A stretch of 64,000 bases of DNA from positions 1,696,001 through 1,760,000 of the forward strand of contig CAXXMB010000002.1 of the NCBI GenBank assembly GCA_963668675.2, in the 5' to 3' direction. This DNA comes from an uncultured Desulfatitalea sp. Lineage in GTDB: Bacteria; Desulfobacterota; Desulfobacteria; Desulfobacterales; Desulfosarcinaceae. The position numbers and the translations under genes were made by a program. The number at the start of each line of letters is the position of its first letter. Position 1 is the stretch's first letter. Positions 40,467-49,145 of the stretch are shown here, one piece after another. The notes beneath the pieces were generated by a model that was given only the letters and a program-made list of their open reading frames with translations, was not told where the DNA came from and made no database searches.

Positions 40467-41791
40467 TCCAATTTCTTCCCCTTCAACCCAACCCGATAGA
40501 GACGCGCCAGACGCCCGGGATCAACCCCCAGAAGAGATCCGGCGGCGATGATATAGTTGATCAGCGTTGTGCGCCAGATGCCCAGGTGCTGCCAGCGGCG
40601 CCCGGAAGTAATGGCAGCCGACGGCACCAGATCGACGCGGCCAAGGCGCGCCATTTTCTTTGCCAGGAGCAGATCTTCCGCGATGGGCACCTCAGGAAAC
40701 CCGCCCACTTGAAAAAAGAGGCTGCGCCGCATGAAAAAAGCCTGATCGCCATAAGGCATTTTCAACCACCGTGATCGAATCATAGCAGCCCGTTCGATCA
40801 GGCGCATGCCCCCATGGTGCCAATCGGTCTTGAATTGAAAAGCCCCCAGCACCACCCTTCGATCCATGAGAAGCTCGAACACCTGCTCGTCGAAATCGCG
40901 CGGCAAGCGGGTATCCGCATGCAGAAAAAGCAGCACCCGTCCTTTTGCCAGGCGAGCGGCAACATTTTGCTGGACCGCCCGGCCGGAAGGCGCATGGACG
41001 ACCACAGCACCCGCCCGCCGGGCAATCTCCGGCGTGCCGTCCCTGCTGCCCCCGTCCGCCACGATAATCTCAATGCCGACCCGTCGTACCCGCTCAAGGG
41101 TTTCTCCAATCCGACCGGCTTCGTTCAACGTTGGAATGATCACACTCAAGTAGGGCCGGTGCCAATCGCGGGTAGGCTGCCAGGCGCGTAAATCTTCGGG
41201 GGTATCCACATCGATGAGAGGCGGCAGCAGCGCTACCGACAATCCCAAACGCTCGGCCGATGCCATGGTTTGGGAAAGCACCTGTTCAGACCCCCACTCG
41301 ATGCCATCGAAAAGCGCCACCGGCCGGCGACAGCCGATGAGCCAATAGCCGCCATCATTGCTGGGGCCCAAAACGAGGTCGGCATCAGCCAGTGCATCGA
41401 ATGCCCGGGCGATATGCTCGGCATTCATCTCCGGCACATCGGTTCCCACCAGAATCGCCTGCCGCGCTCCCCGGGCCAGAGCTGCCTCCAGAGCGCACTG
41501 CATTCGATCGCCAAGATCCCCCTCCGACTGGGGAGAGAGAGAGACCCTTCTGTTGGCCATCCAAAGATTGACCTGCTCGGCAGTGCCGCCCGAATAGACA
41601 AAATCCACCGGAGCTAAACCTGCCCCTGATAATTTCGACAAGGCCTGCTCAGTCAGCTCCCGTTGCAATTCAGCCGCGCCCAAAGCTCCCAACAGTGGTA
41701 TCAGGCGAGTTTTTGTATGTCCGGGCACCGGGTAGCGGCCAAACAGGATCAATCTGCGTTGGGCAGATAACAAAGGCATGGCGTTGTTCAC
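40463..41791 (-). CDS. Fused TIGR04282 (DUF2064) and TIGR04283 (GT2) glycosyltransferases
   Basis: PGHTKTRL, QSEGDLGDRM, GTDVP, GPSNDGGYWLIG, DVDTPEDL; then SVIIPTLNE, DGGSRD, FLHADT, PYGDQ, TSGRRW. Confidence 0.9.
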   Translation of the reverse strand: MNNAMPLLSAQRRLILFGRYPVPGHTKTRLIPLLGALGAAELQRELTEQALSKLSGAGLAPVDFVYSGGTAEQVNLWMANRRVSLSPQSEGDLGDRMQCALEAALARGARQAILVGTDVPEMNAEHIARAFDALADADLVLGPSNDGGYWLIGCRRPVALFDGIEWGSEQVLSQTMASAERLGLSVALLPPLIDVDTPEDLRAWQPTRDWHRPYLSVIIPTLNEAGRIGETLERVRRVGIEIIVADGGSRDGTPEIARRAGAVVVHAPSGRAVQQNVAARLAKGRVLLFLHADTRLPRDFDEQVFELLMDRRVVLGAFQFKTDWHHGGMRLIERAAMIRSRWLKMPYGDQAFFMRRSLFFQVGGFPEVPIAEDLLLAKKMARLGRVDLVPSAAITSGRRWQHLGIWRTTLINYIIAAGSLLGVDPGRLARLYRVGLKGKKLE

Positions 41792-42063
41792 CGTATTTTT
41801 TTAAACAATTGCAAGTACTTTTATCACATCCGCAATCAAGAGTCTATCGGTGTAAAACAAGACACAACCCAACGTTCGGGTTTCGTGGAATCCACACACG
41901 AAAGCGGTTCCTATTTTCGAAAAGTCACCCTACCATGCGTATTGAGCTCCCTCCCCACAGCAAATAGTCTTGACCTGCTTCGTTTTTTCCCTTATCACTC
42001 TCTGCGAGAATACAACCAACAAGCCGCCATCGGCTTGATTTAAAATGAGTTATGCCATAGGCC

Positions 42064-42104
42064 CAGCCACCCAGACTCATGTCGGGCGGCTGTTTCTATT
42101 TTTT
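42064..42104 (+). terminator. Terminator-like hairpin in the leader immediately upstream of pabA
   Basis: cagcc-a-ccc-a-gac-tcat-gtc-ggg-c-ggctg followed by tttctatttttt. Confidence 0.45.
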
Positions 42105-42117
42105 GGAGTGAAGGCAT

Positions 42118-42729
42118 GTGAAACTGCTTGCTATCGACAACTACGATTCGTTCACTTATAACCTGGTGCAGATGTTTCGCCAATATCCGCTCGAAGTACA
42201 GGTGTTCCGCAGCGACGCCATCTCCTTGGACGGTATCGAAGCACTGGCCCCGGACTACATCTTGATCAGCCCCGGCCCCAAAGACCCGGCACACGCTGGT
42301 ATCTCCAAGGATCTGATCCGCCACTGGTACCGGCGGGTGCCTATCCTTGGCGTCTGCCTCGGTATGCAGTGCCTCAACGAAGTGTTCGGCGGCCGAACCG
42401 TCCCGTCCCGGCAACCCATGCACGGAAAAACCAGTACGGTGACCCACTACGGGAAAAAACTCTTCCAGGGCCTGCCCAACCCCTTTCAAGCGGCCCGCTA
42501 CCACAGTCTGGCCGTCTCCCCAGATGCAGAAGCGCTCGAAGACGAGTTGACCATCTCCGCCCGCAGCGACGACTACACCATCATGGGCCTTTGCCACCAG
42601 CATTACCCGTTGTGCGGTGTACAGTTTCATCCGGAGAGCTTTCTCACCGAGCACGGGTTCGCCTTGGTGGAGAATTTTCTCAACCTCGGACCGATGGAAA
42701 ATTCCCATGAGCAACGCATCGATGCATAA
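42118..42729 (+). CDS. pabA: Aminodeoxychorismate synthase glutamine amidotransferase
   Basis: IDNYDSFTYNL, ISPGP, GVCLG, RYHSL, VQFHPES. Confidence 0.9.
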   Translation: MKLLAIDNYDSFTYNLVQMFRQYPLEVQVFRSDAISLDGIEALAPDYILISPGPKDPAHAGISKDLIRHWYRRVPILGVCLGMQCLNEVFGGRTVPSRQPMHGKTSTVTHYGKKLFQGLPNPFQAARYHSLAVSPDAEALEDELTISARSDDYTIMGLCHQHYPLCGVQFHPESFLTEHGFALVENFLNLGPMENSHEQRIDA

Positions 42730-44974
42730 GCTGCCCCAGCCGGCCGCCACGCTGACCGGCGTGCATGTTCAACTCTACGACCTAAAGATACCGTTCATCG
42801 ATCTTGCAGCCCGCTTCGCTCACCTCCCCGGAACGGTTGTGCTGCTCAGCGGAGGCGACCAGGACAGCGCCCGCTACCATCTGCTCGGCATTGACCCCTG
42901 GATGACGATCCGGGGCCGTGCGGGCCGGACCGAAGTCGCCCTGGACGGCGCGAGCTATTATCAGGAAACATCACCGATCGATCTGCTGCGGGAGGTTGTC
43001 CAAACGGTCCACCTGCCGGATGAAGCGTGGCCTGTTCCCATCGCCGCCGGATTGATGGGGTATATGGCCTACGATCTCAAAGACGACCTGGAGCAGTTGC
43101 CCAGAACCAGTGTGGACGATATGCGCCTGCCCAGCATGGTGCTCTACGCTCCCTCCCTGTTGGTGGTGCACGATCGGCAAGACGACGCGACCCGGCTGAT
43201 GATACCGTTACGCCAGCAAGCTGGCACCGCCCCGGACCGAATCATCGAGGAGACCATCGATAGATTCGAAACGGCTGTGGCCAACCTGCCCGTGGAGAGT
43301 GAAGCCTTCACCATTCTGGGCGATGGGCCGACCCCCAACTTCACGGAGAAGCAGTACCGCAACGCCGTGCAACGGATCATCGATTACATCACCGCCGGCG
43401 ACGTCTACCAGGTCAACCTCTCCCAACGGTTCACCGTGCCCTTCCAGGGCAGCGCCTTCGCCTATTTCCGACGCCTCTTCGCACTCAACCCTGCCCCCTT
43501 CTTCGCCTATGTCCAGGCCGGCGACCACCACATCGTCTCAACATCGCCCGAACGGTTTTTGCTGCAGAACGGACGATCGGTCGAAACCCGCCCAATTAAA
43601 GGCACCCGTCCGCGCGGTGGTACGGCTGAAAAAGACGACGCCATGCGCCGGGAGCTGACCGAGAGCCCGAAGGACGACGCCGAGCTGTCGATGATCGTGG
43701 ATCTGCTGCGCAACGACATCGGCAAGGTGTGCCGGGCCGGTTCGGTGAAGGTTGCCGAACACAAGCGTCTCGAAGCCTACGAAAACGTCTACCACCTGGT
43801 CTCGATCATCAAAGGCGAACTCGATGAGGGCCAAAACAGCGCGGACCTGATCCGGGCCACCTTTCCGGGCGGCTCGATCACCGGTTGCCCCAAAGTGCGT
43901 GCCATGGAGATCATCGACGAACTGGAGCCGTGCCGGCGCCACGCGTACTGCGGCAGCATCGGCTACATCAGCTTTCACGACACCATGGACCTCTCCATCG
44001 CCATCCGCACGGCCACGGTTGTCGACGACACCCTCTGCTTCTCCGTGGGCGGCGGCATCGTCTTCGACTCCGACCCCCAGGCCGAATACGAAGAGACCCT
44101 TCACAAGGGCCGCACCCTGATGGCCGCCTGCCAGAACGAATGCATGATCGAGACGCCCAAGGAGATCGCCTGGTGCAACGGCAGACTGCTGCCGGCCGAG
44201 CAGACCTCCGTCTCCATCTCTGACCAGGGACTCCTCTATGGTCACGGCTTCTTTGAGACCATCCGCGTAGACAACGGGAAGGCGCCCCTGCTGGACGATC
44301 ACATAGAGCGCTTCGCCAACACCTGGCGCACCTTGATGCCCGACACCCCGCCCGACCTTAGCTGGGGAGAGATCATCGCCCAGGTCGTCGACGCCAACCA
44401 TCTTTCTGAAAAAAGCGCCGCCGTAAAAATCCTGATCACCCGGGGAAGCCGCACCCGCGCTCCATGGGACCACACCCTGCTCGTAACGGCACGCCCCTAC
44501 ACGCACCGGCTGGAGGCCACCGGAAAACCAGGCATTCACCTGGGCACCTATCCCCATCCGCGCCAAACCCCCCTGGCCGAGCATAAAACCCTCAACTACC
44601 TCTACTACCTGCGCGCAGGGCAATGGGCCCAGGCCAACGGCTACGACGAGGCGCTGATCCTCAACCCGGACGGCACCATCTCAGAGACCAACGCGGCCGC
44701 CCTTTTGCTGATCAACGGCCGCAACGTCATACGCCCAAGCTCTAAGGCGGTGCTGCCAAGCGTGATGGCCAAAGCCATCTGTCGATTGTTGGAGAAGTGG
44801 GGGTACACGATCTGCCAAAAGCCACTTCAACCCGAAATACTCCTTGAGGCTGAACAGGTGCTGCTCGCCAATGCCCTGATGGGGTCCGTGCCAGTCATAG
44901 CTGTGGATAACGCCGAACGGCCGACAGGCGGCGACCTTTGGCAAAAGATCAATGATTCTATCATCTTGCAATAG
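42707..44974 (+). CDS. pabB: Aminodeoxychorismate synthase component I fused to ADC lyase (PabB-PabC)
   Basis: GDVYQVNL, SPERF, PIKGT, FPGGSITGCPK; C-terminal class IV aminotransferase YGHGFFETI, HKTLNY, DEALILN. Confidence 0.92.
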   Translation: MSNASMHKLPQPAATLTGVHVQLYDLKIPFIDLAARFAHLPGTVVLLSGGDQDSARYHLLGIDPWMTIRGRAGRTEVALDGASYYQETSPIDLLREVVQTVHLPDEAWPVPIAAGLMGYMAYDLKDDLEQLPRTSVDDMRLPSMVLYAPSLLVVHDRQDDATRLMIPLRQQAGTAPDRIIEETIDRFETAVANLPVESEAFTILGDGPTPNFTEKQYRNAVQRIIDYITAGDVYQVNLSQRFTVPFQGSAFAYFRRLFALNPAPFFAYVQAGDHHIVSTSPERFLLQNGRSVETRPIKGTRPRGGTAEKDDAMRRELTESPKDDAELSMIVDLLRNDIGKVCRAGSVKVAEHKRLEAYENVYHLVSIIKGELDEGQNSADLIRATFPGGSITGCPKVRAMEIIDELEPCRRHAYCGSIGYISFHDTMDLSIAIRTATVVDDTLCFSVGGGIVFDSDPQAEYEETLHKGRTLMAACQNECMIETPKEIAWCNGRLLPAEQTSVSISDQGLLYGHGFFETIRVDNGKAPLLDDHIERFANTWRTLMPDTPPDLSWGEIIAQVVDANHLSEKSAAVKILITRGSRTRAPWDHTLLVTARPYTHRLEATGKPGIHLGTYPHPRQTPLAEHKTLNYLYYLRAGQWAQANGYDEALILNPDGTISETNAAALLLINGRNVIRPSSKAVLPSVMAKAICRLLEKWGYTICQKPLQPEILLEAEQVLLANALMGSVPVIAVDNAERPTGGDLWQKINDSIILQ

Positions 44975-45276
44975 AAGAAGTTTCCTCGTAATCGCAATAG
45001 GTAAAATCTCTGATCTGGAAAAATTAAATGAATCGCTGCTTCCATTGAATTCAAGACCAATTTCATCTGTTCAACCTGCCCCGCATCACTCATAGTTGAC
45101 AATGTTGAGTTGAAATACTTAGTATAAATGCACAATCACAGTAATGCGGCAGAGAAATAAAGCCTACAACCCCTGGCCGAGGCTCTGGTTTTCAAGTCCG
45201 CTTTGAACGCCATCATTTTTCAGCAAAGCGATGGACAATGTCCGGAAGGGAGGATCGATAAGACGGAGGATTGAAA

Positions 45277-46308
45277 ATGGTTGTAACCGAATCGGAGAGA
45301 GTCGACCGCAAATCAACATCGAAAGGACATGGGCGAATTTGGCCCGACTGGTATCCTGAATTGACAGCATTCCGGCATTCCACAGGCTGGAAAGCTGCCT
45401 GGCAGCTGTTGAACACCTTAGTCCCATATTGTATTCTTTGGTACCTGATGATCCGGTCAATTCAATTCGGCTATGCATACGCACTGACCCTCATCCTCGC
45501 CCTGCCTGCAGCTGCTTTCCTAGTTCGATTATTCATTCTTTTTCACGACTGTGTCCACGGTTCGTTGTTCAAGTGGAAAGGCGCCAACACCTTTTGGGGT
45601 TATCTCCTCGGCGTCGCCGTGTTTACCTCTTTTGAAGATTGGCGATTTGCCCACCTTCGACATCACGTGACATATGCGAATCTCGATACGCGCGGATTTG
45701 GTGATATTTGGACGATGACATTAAAGGAGTATGAAAAGTCACCGTGGCAGAAACGATGGCAGTACAGGCTGTACCGTAACCCAGTGGTGATGATCGGACT
45801 GGGCGCACTGTTCACTTTTCTACTCGGAAACCGGCTTCCGACGCGAAAAGTGAAGCGCAAGGAACGCATGAGCGTAGTTTTTACAAACCTGCTCATTGTC
45901 GCAGTGGTACTGGTTGCTGACCGGTTTATTGGATGGCGAACATACCTGCTCATTCAATTGCCTGTCTTTTGGCTTGCGGGCGCGGCGGGCGTCTGGCTGT
46001 TTTATGTGCAGCATCAGTTCCCAGGTGTCTATTGGGCGCGCAAAGCGGAATGGAAGCCTTTGCGTGCCGCCATGGAAGGCAGTTCATTTTATAAATTACC
46101 GACTTTGCTACGATGGTTTTCAGGCAACATCGGTTACCACCATGTGCACCATTTAAGCCCCAGAATCCCAAACTACCATCTGAAGAAGTGTTACGCTGCC
46201 GTTCCGGCCCTGAAGGCCAAAGCACCTCTGACAATTGCCAATAGTCTTGCTTGTGTTCGACTGAAACTTTGGGATGAGGATCGCAAGCGGATGGTCGCAT
46301 TCCCTTGA
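45277..46308 (+). CDS. Membrane fatty acid desaturase
   Basis: His boxes HDCVH, HLRHH, HHVHH and FYVQHQF. Confidence 0.92.
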   Translation: MVVTESERVDRKSTSKGHGRIWPDWYPELTAFRHSTGWKAAWQLLNTLVPYCILWYLMIRSIQFGYAYALTLILALPAAAFLVRLFILFHDCVHGSLFKWKGANTFWGYLLGVAVFTSFEDWRFAHLRHHVTYANLDTRGFGDIWTMTLKEYEKSPWQKRWQYRLYRNPVVMIGLGALFTFLLGNRLPTRKVKRKERMSVVFTNLLIVAVVLVADRFIGWRTYLLIQLPVFWLAGAAGVWLFYVQHQFPGVYWARKAEWKPLRAAMEGSSFYKLPTLLRWFSGNIGYHHVHHLSPRIPNYHLKKCYAAVPALKAKAPLTIANSLACVRLKLWDEDRKRMVAFP

Positions 46309-46578
46309 GAAGATCATCAGACACTAAAAAATATGGGAAATGACAATTTTAATGCGGCCAAGGGCGAGATCAAAAAGCATTCAACCGCAAGCATTGCCAA
46401 GAATGAAGATTACCTTTAGAATTCCAAAAGGCTGAAACGCAACGGCACGCCTTGTTAGACGCCTGACATGTCGCCCGCTTTGGATAGGTATGGAAAAGCG
46501 TTGATGAGGTTCATATCTTCTGAGCCTGCCGATACATGAGCCATGTAACGAACAGGTGCAAATCAGAGAGGAGGTTTC

Positions 46579-48096
46579 TTGGTCTCTGTCCAGACAGCAA
46601 TCATCATTCTTGTATTTTTCTGTGTCGTCGTGACCCTGTTTATGGTTGGGTTGTTCATCCAGCGGTGGAGGCACGGAAAGGCGCAAGCGCAGTCGAGCAA
46701 AAGTGAAGAACGCAGTCTTGTTGCGCTTGAGAGTTCTACTGACGGCCTCTGGGACTGGGATATCCTTTTAGACACCGTCGTCTACTCGAGTCGTTTCCGG
46801 GATATCCTTGGGGTTTCAGCAGAGGAGTTTCCAGGAACCATGACATCTTTCCGCAGTCACCTTCATCCTGAGGATGCCGAACCGACATGGACGGCCATCG
46901 AACGCCATCTCAACGAGCGTGTCCCCTTCAATGTTGAATACCGTCTGCGCACAGCATCAGGCACCTACCTTTGGTTTCTCGCACGCGGTCAGGCAGTGTG
47001 GGATGCTGAGGGAAGTCCTGTACGCATGACCGGGTGGATTCAGGACATCACCAAAAACAAACAACGCGAGCTTAGGCTTAATACAGCGCTTTCCGAAATC
47101 AACGGGTTGAAAACCAAACTAGAGGCCGAGAGAGCGTATCTGCAAGACGAAATCAAGTTCCATTACAACCATGAGAACATCATCGGTACGAGCGAAGGGC
47201 TTGCCTATGTGCTTTATAAAATTGAACAAATTGCAGCCAGCGACACCACGGTTCTTGTTCTGGGAGAGACCGGAACCGGCAAAGAGCTGGTCGCCCGGGC
47301 CATTCACAGCTTAAGCCTCCGTAAAGACAAGGCATTGGTAAAACTGAACTGCGCCGCACTGCCCTCAAACCTCATCGAAAGCGAGCTGTTCGGCCATGAA
47401 AAAGGCGCTTTCACTGGTGCCCATACCAGGCAGTTGGGACGGTTCGAAGTTGCCCATGGCGCCTCCATTTTTTTGGATGAGATCGGCGAACTGCCCCTGG
47501 AACTTCAGCCCAAGCTGCTCAGGGTGATCCAGGATGGCGAGTTTGAAAGGCTGGGCAGTGCCCAAACCATCAAAGTCGATGTGCGGGTGATAGCTGCCAC
47601 AAACCGTCAGCTGGAAGAGGAGGTCCGCAAGGGACGCTTTCGGGAGGATCTGTGGTACCGGCTGAATATCTTTCCGATTACCGTGCCCCCGCTGCGAGAA
47701 CGCAGGGAGGATATCCCCCTTCTTGTGGATTATTTTGTTAATGAAATTTCCAAACGGATTGGCAAGTCCATCAAGTCCATCCCGGCAGGTGTCATGGACA
47801 CCCTGCAGAATTACCACTGGCCAGGCAATATCCGCGAGCTTGAAAACGTTCTCGAGAGAGCGGTGATCAACTCTTCGGGGCCCAAACTGCACCTGGTGGA
47901 TGAACTGAAAAAACCCAAAACATATTCAGCCATCGCCAAGCAAACAATTGCTGATGTGGAACGGGAGTATATTGTTCGGGTGCTCGAGCAAACGAACTGG
48001 AAAGTGAGCGGCAAAGACAGTGCGTCCGAAATCCTCGGTCTTGACCGCAGTACCTTGCGTGCCCGAATGCAAAAACTCGGCATTAAAAAACCTTAG
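46579..48096 (+). CDS. Sigma54-dependent activator with N-terminal TM and PAS domain
   Basis: DGLWDWD..LHPED PAS; GETGTGKE, ESELFGHEKGAFTGA, FLDEIGE, WPGNIREL, Fis-type HTH. Confidence 0.95.
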   Translation: MVSVQTAIIILVFFCVVVTLFMVGLFIQRWRHGKAQAQSSKSEERSLVALESSTDGLWDWDILLDTVVYSSRFRDILGVSAEEFPGTMTSFRSHLHPEDAEPTWTAIERHLNERVPFNVEYRLRTASGTYLWFLARGQAVWDAEGSPVRMTGWIQDITKNKQRELRLNTALSEINGLKTKLEAERAYLQDEIKFHYNHENIIGTSEGLAYVLYKIEQIAASDTTVLVLGETGTGKELVARAIHSLSLRKDKALVKLNCAALPSNLIESELFGHEKGAFTGAHTRQLGRFEVAHGASIFLDEIGELPLELQPKLLRVIQDGEFERLGSAQTIKVDVRVIAATNRQLEEEVRKGRFREDLWYRLNIFPITVPPLRERREDIPLLVDYFVNEISKRIGKSIKSIPAGVMDTLQNYHWPGNIRELENVLERAVINSSGPKLHLVDELKKPKTYSAIAKQTIADVEREYIVRVLEQTNWKVSGKDSASEILGLDRSTLRARMQKLGIKKP

Positions 48097-48228
48097 TTTT
48101 ATGCCAGTTCCAGTTGCCTTTGCGTCGTCCTCCGAAGCAGGCCACACGGACAAACCGGTCTAAAACCGCTTTCATCCATTTCCTTTCCTCAAGCGTCGCC
48201 CTGACATAGCGCATAAGCCACATAACGA

Positions 48229-48259
48229 GGTCATATATAACCACTGGTTAAATATGACC
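48229..48259. promoter_or_regulatory. Putative upstream activator (enhancer) sites
   Basis: ggtcatatataacc-act-ggttaaatatgacc, 13 of 14 inverted match, each half itself near-palindromic. Confidence 0.6.
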
Positions 48260-48360
48260 CGACTTATCCCCCTGCACAGACCTCCCTTTGCTGTCATACA
48301 AATTTCCAATTCTCTTTGAAAATCAAAATGATGCGCAACACAAATGAATTATGTGAACCC

Positions 48361-48376
48361 CGGCATGGAATTTGAT
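48361..48376 (+). promoter_or_regulatory. Putative sigma54 -24/-12 promoter
   Basis: CGGCATGGAATTTGAT versus consensus TGGCACG-N4-TTGCW; correct spacing, GA instead of GC at -12. Confidence 0.5.
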
Positions 48377-48521
48377 TAGACTGGTGATAGGGCTTAGTGG
48401 CCAAATGAACGACTAAAAATGCCCATGCTATAGCAGGCGTATAGACCCTCTCCTCTTTGTTGCTGCCTTCTAAAAGAAACATTGCCATCTTCATCCGTCA
48501 CTAACCGAAAGCAGGAGTCGC

Positions 48522-48755
48522 ATGGTGAAAAAGCTAATTGAAATCATTGCACAGGCCCTGGTGGACCAACCTGAATTTGTAACCGTTTCAGAAATTGTTG
48601 GGGCGCACACGTCCATATTGGAACTTAAAGTCGCCAACGCAGACATTGGAAAGGTCATCGGCAAGCAGGGCCGCACGGCTGGTGCCCTGCGGACCATATT
48701 AAATGCTGTTTCGGCTAAGGAAAAAAAACGAACCATGCTGGAGATTGTGGAATGA
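48522..48755 (+). CDS. khpA: KH-domain RNA-binding protein, KhpA family
   Basis: ALVDQP, LELKVA..DIGKVIGKQGRTA..LRTIL. Confidence 0.88.
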   Translation: MVKKLIEIIAQALVDQPEFVTVSEIVGAHTSILELKVANADIGKVIGKQGRTAGALRTILNAVSAKEKKRTMLEIVE

Positions 48756-48791
48756 CATTCAAAAGCCGGGCTTTTCATAAGGGAGGGCACA

Positions 48792-49124
48792 ATGATCATC
48801 GTTAGAATCACCATGAATGTGCGTCCGGAAAAGCATCTGGAGGTGATGCAAACCCTTCTCTCAATGATCGATCCATCGGGGAAGGAATCGGGTTGCCTGA
48901 ACTATGCCGTCTTTTGCAGTATCGAAGACCACAACTGTTTCAGCCTGCTGGAGGAGTGGGAAACCCGCGAAGATCTCGACCGCCATATCAGGTCCCATCG
49001 ATTCGAGGTGTTATTAGGAACAAAGGCACTTTTATGCCAACCGTTGGAAGTTCAAATACACACGATTGACCAATCTGAAGGAATGGAGGCCATCCATTCA
49101 GCCAGAGCAGGAAAAGCCAATTGA
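48792..49124 (+). CDS. Antibiotic biosynthesis monooxygenase (ABM) domain protein
   Basis: ESGCLNY, LEEWETREDLDRHIRS..F. Confidence 0.85.
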   Translation: MIIVRITMNVRPEKHLEVMQTLLSMIDPSGKESGCLNYAVFCSIEDHNCFSLLEEWETREDLDRHIRSHRFEVLLGTKALLCQPLEVQIHTIDQSEGMEAIHSARAGKAN

Positions 49125-49145
49125 ATCTAAAAGGAGCTTTATCAA

